Source of the DNA: Anaeromyxobacteraceae bacterium
GTDB taxonomy: Bacteria; Myxococcota; Myxococcia; Myxococcales; Anaeromyxobacteraceae
Assembly (NCBI GenBank): GCA_047602405.1
Contig: JASGHJ010000001.1
Coordinates: 224,001 to 288,000, forward strand
Length of the DNA stretch: 64,000 nt
Reading direction: 5' to 3'
In this document: positions 58,985 to 64,000 of the stretch, piece after piece
How the letters are laid out: each line of letters starts with the position of its first letter
Position numbering within the stretch: the stretch's first letter is position 1
The notes under the pieces: generated by a model
Databases searched by the model: none
What the model saw: the letters and a program-made list of their open reading frames with translations, nothing else
What the model was told of the DNA's origin: nothing
Made by a program: the position numbers and the translations under genes

Positions 58985-59839
58985 ATGTCCGAGCTGTCGG
59001 ACCTGGTGCGCGAGCGGCTCAAGTCCTGGACCTTCTCCCTGGGTGGACCGGGGACGAGGGCCCGCCTCGACAAGATCACGCCCCCCGCGAACGAGTTCGG
59101 GGTCGACCCCTACGGCTTCGACCTCGAGTACGCGGTGGCCGCGGTCGCGCCGTTCCTCTGGCTCTACCGCAAGTACTTCCGCGTCCAGCTCGACGGGCTC
59201 GAGCACGTGCCGGGCGAGGGGCGCGTCGTGCTCGTCGCGAACCACTCCGGCCAGCTGCCGTTCGACGCGGCCATGATCGCGGTGGCGCTCCTCGTGGAGA
59301 AGGACCCGCCGCGCGTCGTGCGGGCGCTCGTCGAGCGCTGGGTGCCCACCCTCCCCTTCGTGTCGACCTTCATGGCCCGCATCGGCCAGATCGTCGGCAC
59401 GCCCGAGAACTGCCGGCGGCTGCTCGCCGCCGACGAGGCCATCCTCGTCTTCCCGGAGGGCGTGCGCGGCCTCAACAAGCCCTTCAGCGAGCGCTACCGG
59501 CTGCAGGGCTTCGGGGCCGGCTTCATGCGGCTCGCGCTCGAGTCGAACGCGCCGGTGCTGCCGGTCGCGGTGGTGGGCGCCGAGGAGCAGTCGCCGAACC
59601 TCCTCGACCTGAAGCCCCTCGCCAGGGTGCTCGGGATGCCCGCCTTCCCGCTCACCCCGACCGTCCTCCCGCTGCCCTTGCCGACGCGCTACCGCATCAT
59701 CTTCGGCGAGCCGCGCCGCTTCACCGGCTCGCCCGACGACGACGACGCCGTGATCGAGCGGAAGGTCCGCGAGGTGGAGCGCGACGTGAAGGCGCTCATC
59801 GATCGCGGCCTCGCCGAGCGGACGAGCATCTTCTTCTGA
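58985..59839 (+). CDS. Lysophospholipid/glycerol acyltransferase (PlsC family)
   Basis: ANHSGQLPFD, VFPEG, GFMRLAL. Confidence 0.9.
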   Translation: MSELSDLVRERLKSWTFSLGGPGTRARLDKITPPANEFGVDPYGFDLEYAVAAVAPFLWLYRKYFRVQLDGLEHVPGEGRVVLVANHSGQLPFDAAMIAVALLVEKDPPRVVRALVERWVPTLPFVSTFMARIGQIVGTPENCRRLLAADEAILVFPEGVRGLNKPFSERYRLQGFGAGFMRLALESNAPVLPVAVVGAEEQSPNLLDLKPLARVLGMPAFPLTPTVLPLPLPTRYRIIFGEPRRFTGSPDDDDAVIERKVREVERDVKALIDRGLAERTSIFF

Positions 59840-59857
59840 GAGGCCTCGAGAGCGCCC

Positions 59858-60808
59858 GTGCCCGTCCCGCCGCCCATCACCTTCCCCGGCCTGCCGCGGA
59901 CCGTCCTCGTGACGGGCATCGCCGGCAACCTCGGGCGCACGCTCGCGAAGCTGCTCCACACCGAGACGCAGGTGGTCGGCATCGACCGCCGCCCGTTCGC
60001 GGGGAAGCCCAAGGACATCGCCCACTACGAGGTGGACATCCGCAAGGCGCGCGCCGAGGAGGCGTTCCGCCGCCACCCGATCGAGGCGGTCATCCACATG
60101 GCGATCGCGCACGACCCGCGGATGCCGCGGGCCGAGGCGCACTCCTTCAACGTGATCGGCACGCACAAGATCCTCGACCTCTGCGTCCGCCACGGCGTGA
60201 AGAAGGTGGTGGTGCTCTCCTCCTCGAGCGTCTACGGCCCGCGCCCGGACAACTCGAACTTCCTCCCCGAGGAGACGCCGCTCATGGCGGCCGAGCGCTT
60301 CAACGACATGTCCGACCTCATCGAGCTCGACATGTACGCGCAGTCCTTCATGTGGAAGCACCCGGAGATCGAGACGGTCATCGTACGGCCCGTGAACATC
60401 GTGGGGCCGACCGTGAAGAACGCCCCGTCCGGCTACCTCCGGATGCAGCGGCCGGTCACGGTGATGGGCTTCGACCCCATGGTGCAGCTCATCCACGAGG
60501 AGGACGCCTGCCGCGCGATGGTGCTCGCGCTCAGGCCCGGGCTGCGCGGCGTCTTCAACGTGACGGGCCCCGGGCAGGTGCCCCTCTCGACGATCATGAG
60601 GGAGCTCGGGCGGACGACGATCCCCATCCCCCATCCGGTCATCCGGGGGGTCGCGAAGCGCCTCTTCGACGCGCGCATGTCCTCGTTTCCACCCGAGGAA
60701 GTCGACCACATCCAGTACCTGTGCGTCGTGGACGGGTCCCGGTTCGTCCGCGAGGCGGGCTGGTCCCCGCTGTACTCGCTGCGGGACACGATCCAGAGCG
60801 TGTGCTGA
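59858..60808 (+). CDS. NAD-dependent epimerase/dehydratase (SDR)
   Basis: VLVTGIAGNLG, NVIGT, SSSSVYG, QLIHEED. Confidence 0.9.
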   Translation: MPVPPPITFPGLPRTVLVTGIAGNLGRTLAKLLHTETQVVGIDRRPFAGKPKDIAHYEVDIRKARAEEAFRRHPIEAVIHMAIAHDPRMPRAEAHSFNVIGTHKILDLCVRHGVKKVVVLSSSSVYGPRPDNSNFLPEETPLMAAERFNDMSDLIELDMYAQSFMWKHPEIETVIVRPVNIVGPTVKNAPSGYLRMQRPVTVMGFDPMVQLIHEEDACRAMVLALRPGLRGVFNVTGPGQVPLSTIMRELGRTTIPIPHPVIRGVAKRLFDARMSSFPPEEVDHIQYLCVVDGSRFVREAGWSPLYSLRDTIQSVC

Positions 60809-60836
60809 GCCCGACCGCCCCGGTTAGACTCCTGGC

Positions 60837-61430
60837 ATGGCCTCCCCCCTCCGCGCCGCCGTCCTCCAAGCCTCGGCCCTCGCCGCCCTCGTCGTCGCGC
60901 TGCCCTCCGCCGCGCAGACCGCGACCGACTCGAACTTCCAGGCCACCGGGGAGGTCCGCTTCCGGGTCCAGGGCGGCATGTCGACGAGCGCCTCCTACAA
61001 CGCCGCCCGGGTGGTGGGCCCGGCGGTCAACGTCTCGCGCCGCGACGACGGCACGTGGGCGGGCGACCTCCTCGCCGGCAACCTCGACCTCCACTCGGTC
61101 GAGGGCAAGGACAAGGACCTGAAGGTCGAGGGCGCGGGCTTCACGCTCGTCCAGCGGCAGGTGAAGGACGGCCACGAGCTCGAGGGGCTCTTCAACGGCG
61201 TGCGCTTCCGCGCGACCGTCGAGGCGAAGCGGGTGAAGGCCCGCTTCGGAAACTGCTCGATCGACGTGGAGAAGAAGGGCACGGTCTACCGCGGCGACGT
61301 CGGCTGCCTGCAGGAGGGCCAGCCGCTCCCGGTCACCGGTCGCGCGGTGCTCGACCTCATGGGCGACGCGCTCGAGCGAGGGCCCTTCCCCCAGCTCGGC
61401 CTCGCGCTCATGGCGGTGCTGCCGCAGTAG
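60837..61430 (+). CDS. Secreted beta-rich hypothetical protein
   Basis: Signal peptide, TAGACT -10 six nt upstream. Confidence 0.7.
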   Translation: MASPLRAAVLQASALAALVVALPSAAQTATDSNFQATGEVRFRVQGGMSTSASYNAARVVGPAVNVSRRDDGTWAGDLLAGNLDLHSVEGKDKDLKVEGAGFTLVQRQVKDGHELEGLFNGVRFRATVEAKRVKARFGNCSIDVEKKGTVYRGDVGCLQEGQPLPVTGRAVLDLMGDALERGPFPQLGLALMAVLPQ

Positions 61431-61435
61431 CCGTG

Positions 61436-61517
61436 TTTCGCGGGGGCGTAGCCCCCGCCCCGACCAGCAAAGCTGGATCGGGGCCCCACGCCGGATCGGC
61501 TCCGCTTCGCTTCGCCG
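61436..61517 (-). repeat. Structured dispersed repeat, copy C
   Basis: Reverse complement matches 20611..20694. Confidence 0.85.
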
Positions 61518-61544
61518 GGTGACATGGGGCCCGCGCCCGGGTAG

Positions 61545-62453
61545 ATGAGGCACCTCATGCCTCACCCGGACCACCTCAGCCGCGGCCTCGTCCCGCGGTC
61601 CGGCCTGCGCGCGAGCTTCGTGCGCATCTCCGACACCGCCCGCATGGCCCGCGTGCTCCACGGGCTCTACCCGGCGGCCGCGCTCGTCTTCGGCGAGGCG
61701 CTCGCCGCCGGGGCGCTCCTCGGCTCGCTCCAGAAGGACAGCGGGCGGATCAACCTGCAGCTCGAGTGCGACGGCCCGCTCGCCGGGCTGCTCGTCGACG
61801 GCGACGCCGACGGCAACGTCCGCGGCTACGTGCGCCGGCCCGAGGTGCACTTCGTGGGCGACGCCGCGGCCGGGGCCCGCGCGGCGCTCGGCCAGTCGGG
61901 CTTCCTCTCGGTCATCCGCGACCACGGCGGCGGCCACTTCTACCGGAGCTCGGTGAAGCTCGAGGCCATGGACCTCGCGGGCGACCTCCGCCGCTGGTTC
62001 GAGAGCTCCGAGCAGGTCGCCACCGCGTTCGACCTCGCCGTCGTGCCCTCGGCCGACGGCGCGGAGCCGCTCGGCGAGGTCGCGGGGCTCGTCATCCAGC
62101 GCCTGCCCGACGGCGACGACGCCGCGGTCGCGGCCGCGCGCGCCCGGCTCGCGGCGGGCGCCCTGCCCGCGGCGCTCCGCCGGGGCGCGACGGCCCACGA
62201 GATCCTGACCGAGGTGGCCGGGAACCCGTTCGAGCTCCTCGCCGACCAGGAGGTCGCGTACCGGTGCGGCTGCTCGAAGCAGCGCGCCCGCGTGGCGGTG
62301 TCGTCGCTCGGCGTGGACGGCATCGCGGACGTGCTCCTGAACGAGAAGCAGGCGGTCATCACCTGCGAGTTCTGCCGCGAGCGCTACGTCATCGACGAGG
62401 CGGAGCTCCGGGAGATCTCGGCGAAGCTCTCCGAGCAAGCGGCCGATGGCTGA
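61545..62453 (+). CDS. hslO: Hsp33 redox-regulated chaperone
   Basis: DGPLAGL, GNVRGY, SEQV, CGCS..CEFC zinc motif. Confidence 0.92.
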   Translation: MRHLMPHPDHLSRGLVPRSGLRASFVRISDTARMARVLHGLYPAAALVFGEALAAGALLGSLQKDSGRINLQLECDGPLAGLLVDGDADGNVRGYVRRPEVHFVGDAAAGARAALGQSGFLSVIRDHGGGHFYRSSVKLEAMDLAGDLRRWFESSEQVATAFDLAVVPSADGAEPLGEVAGLVIQRLPDGDDAAVAAARARLAAGALPAALRRGATAHEILTEVAGNPFELLADQEVAYRCGCSKQRARVAVSSLGVDGIADVLLNEKQAVITCEFCRERYVIDEAELREISAKLSEQAADG

Positions 62454-63924
62454 GCGCCCCGGCTCCGCCGCCGGGCGGGAGACCAGCCGGCGCCTCACGG
62501 TCGTGTCGCTCCTCATGGCGGTCTTCCTCGCCGCGATGGAGATGACCGTCGTCGCGACCGCGATGCCGACCGTGGTGGGCGAGCTCGGCGGGCTGCACCT
62601 CTACGCCTGGGCCTTCGCGGCCTACATGCTCGCGAGCACGGTCACGACGCCGATCTGGGGCAAGCTCGCCGACCTCCGCGGGCGCCGCCCGGTGCTGCTC
62701 GCCGGGCTCGGCCTCTTCGTGCTCTCGTCGCTCGCCTGCGGCGCGTCCGCCACCATGGGCCAGCTCATCGGCTTCCGCACGGTGCAGGGGCTCGCGGCGG
62801 GGGCGGTGCAGCCGATCGCGCTCACCATCGTGGGCGACCTCTTCGACGTGCGCGAGCGCGCCCGGCTGCAGGGCGTGTTCGGCGCGGTGTGGGGCGTCGC
62901 CGGCATCGCCGGGCCGCTCCTCGGCGGCGCGATCGTCGCGACCCTGGGCTGGCGCTGGATCTTCTGGTTCAACGTGCCGGTCGCGCTCGGCTGCGCCGCG
63001 ATGTTGCTCGTCGCCTACCACGAGCGGCCGGAGCACCACCCGCACCGGCTCGACCTCGCCGGCGCGGCGCTCCTCGCGGTGACCGTCGTCTCGGCGCTCC
63101 TCGCGGCGCGCTCGCCCGCCTCCGGCGCCGTCGCCATCCCGGTGGCCGTGGTGGGGCTCGCGCTCTTCCTCCTCGTGGAGCGCCGCGCGGCGGAGCCGCT
63201 CCTCCCGCTCGACCTCTTCGCCCGCCGCGGCATCGCGGTGGCCTCCGGCGTGGGCGCGCTCGTCGGGGCGGCCATGCTCGCGATGGTCACCTTCGTGCCG
63301 CTCTGGGCGCAGAGCGTCCTCGGCGCGACGCCCACCGCCGCCGGCGCCAGCATCGCGCCGCTCGCGATCGGCTGGCCGATCATGAGCACGATCTCCGGAC
63401 GGCTCCTCCACCGGGTCGGCTACCGGCCGCTCATCTCCGGCGGGCTCGCGATCGTCGCCGTCGCCGCGGTCGCGCTCCTGTTCGCGCTCCGCCCGGGCGT
63501 GCCGCTCGGGGTCGTGTCCCTGATCACCTTCCTCTTCGGCGCCGGCCTCGGCTGCGCGAACACGCCGCTCCTCATCTCGGTGCAGACGAGCGTGCCCTGG
63601 AACCGCCGCGGGGTCGCGACCGCGAGCACGATGTTCTTCCGCACCATCGGCGGCACGCTCTCGGTCGGCCTCCTGGGCGGCGTGCTCGCCCACGCGCTCG
63701 CCGGCGCGGGCGCGGGCGACGTGGCGGACAAGCTGCTCGGGCCGGAGCGCGCGCTCCTCCCGCCGGACGTGGTGGCCGGGCTCTCCGGCACGCTGCAGGG
63801 TGCGCTCGGGGTCGTGTTCGTCGCCGTCGCGATTGTCGCGGCAGCGGCGTTCCTGACCTCGCTCCTCTTCCCGGCGATGGCGGTGCAGCGGGCGGGCGAG
63901 CGGGCGCCCGAGGCGGAGGGGTAG
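62446..63924 (+). CDS. DHA2-type MFS drug transporter
   Basis: FLAAMEMTVVATAMPTVV, WGKLADLRGRR, GPLLGG, WRWIFWFNVP. Confidence 0.92.
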   Translation: MAERPGSAAGRETSRRLTVVSLLMAVFLAAMEMTVVATAMPTVVGELGGLHLYAWAFAAYMLASTVTTPIWGKLADLRGRRPVLLAGLGLFVLSSLACGASATMGQLIGFRTVQGLAAGAVQPIALTIVGDLFDVRERARLQGVFGAVWGVAGIAGPLLGGAIVATLGWRWIFWFNVPVALGCAAMLLVAYHERPEHHPHRLDLAGAALLAVTVVSALLAARSPASGAVAIPVAVVGLALFLLVERRAAEPLLPLDLFARRGIAVASGVGALVGAAMLAMVTFVPLWAQSVLGATPTAAGASIAPLAIGWPIMSTISGRLLHRVGYRPLISGGLAIVAVAAVALLFALRPGVPLGVVSLITFLFGAGLGCANTPLLISVQTSVPWNRRGVATASTMFFRTIGGTLSVGLLGGVLAHALAGAGAGDVADKLLGPERALLPPDVVAGLSGTLQGALGVVFVAVAIVAAAAFLTSLLFPAMAVQRAGERAPEAEG

Positions 63925-63929
63925 GGCTT

Positions 63930-64000
63930 CGTTCGCGGACGGTCATGGGTTCCGTTCGAGGACGCCGAGATGCCGTTCGCGGGCGGTCATGGGTTCCGCT
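63930..64000. repeat. Start of a degenerate tandem repeat, truncated by the window edge
   Basis: CGTTCGCGGACGGTCATGGGTTCCG recurs 44 bp later with one change; subunits of 21-23 bp. Confidence 0.65.

Noticed and set aside
60800..60808. Cys-TGA at the end of the epimerase as a selenocysteine site
   Set aside because: Domain is complete, next gene's promoter follows, no convincing SECIS

Overview
Very GC-rich bacterial DNA; gene content and style suggest Myxococcota (Anaeromyxobacter-like, an inference). Left to right: the tail of a type II DMSO-reductase-family operon (beta subunit, gamma/cytochrome c fusion, Mrp, cytochrome c) running directly into SCO plus an A2-type cytochrome c oxidase; a PafB/PafC-like WYL pair; an MCP; a VUT transporter; a VIT-vWA/ECF module; aceEF; a trihaem cytochrome with ECF/anti-sigma; a small accessory patch; xth; an acyl-CoA dehydrogenase/ETF operon; a large multicopper oxidase; FHA-SLT and FHA-GGDEF genes; a Crp/ZnR-TPR/MarR/TolC run; lipid genes, Hsp33 and an MFS pump. 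Best leads: (1) a MerB-like lyase split by an in-frame UGA at a catalytic Cys position and followed by a SECIS-like hairpin (probable selenoprotein), next to a methyltransferase and a MITE-like element; (2) a PafBC-like pair plus a PafBC-type promoter motif in front of xth; (3) a molybdoenzyme-to-O2 respiratory operon; (4) a three-copy structured intergenic repeat with compensatory stems. Seven single-base frameshifts, five at or next to AGATC, look like sequencing artefacts.
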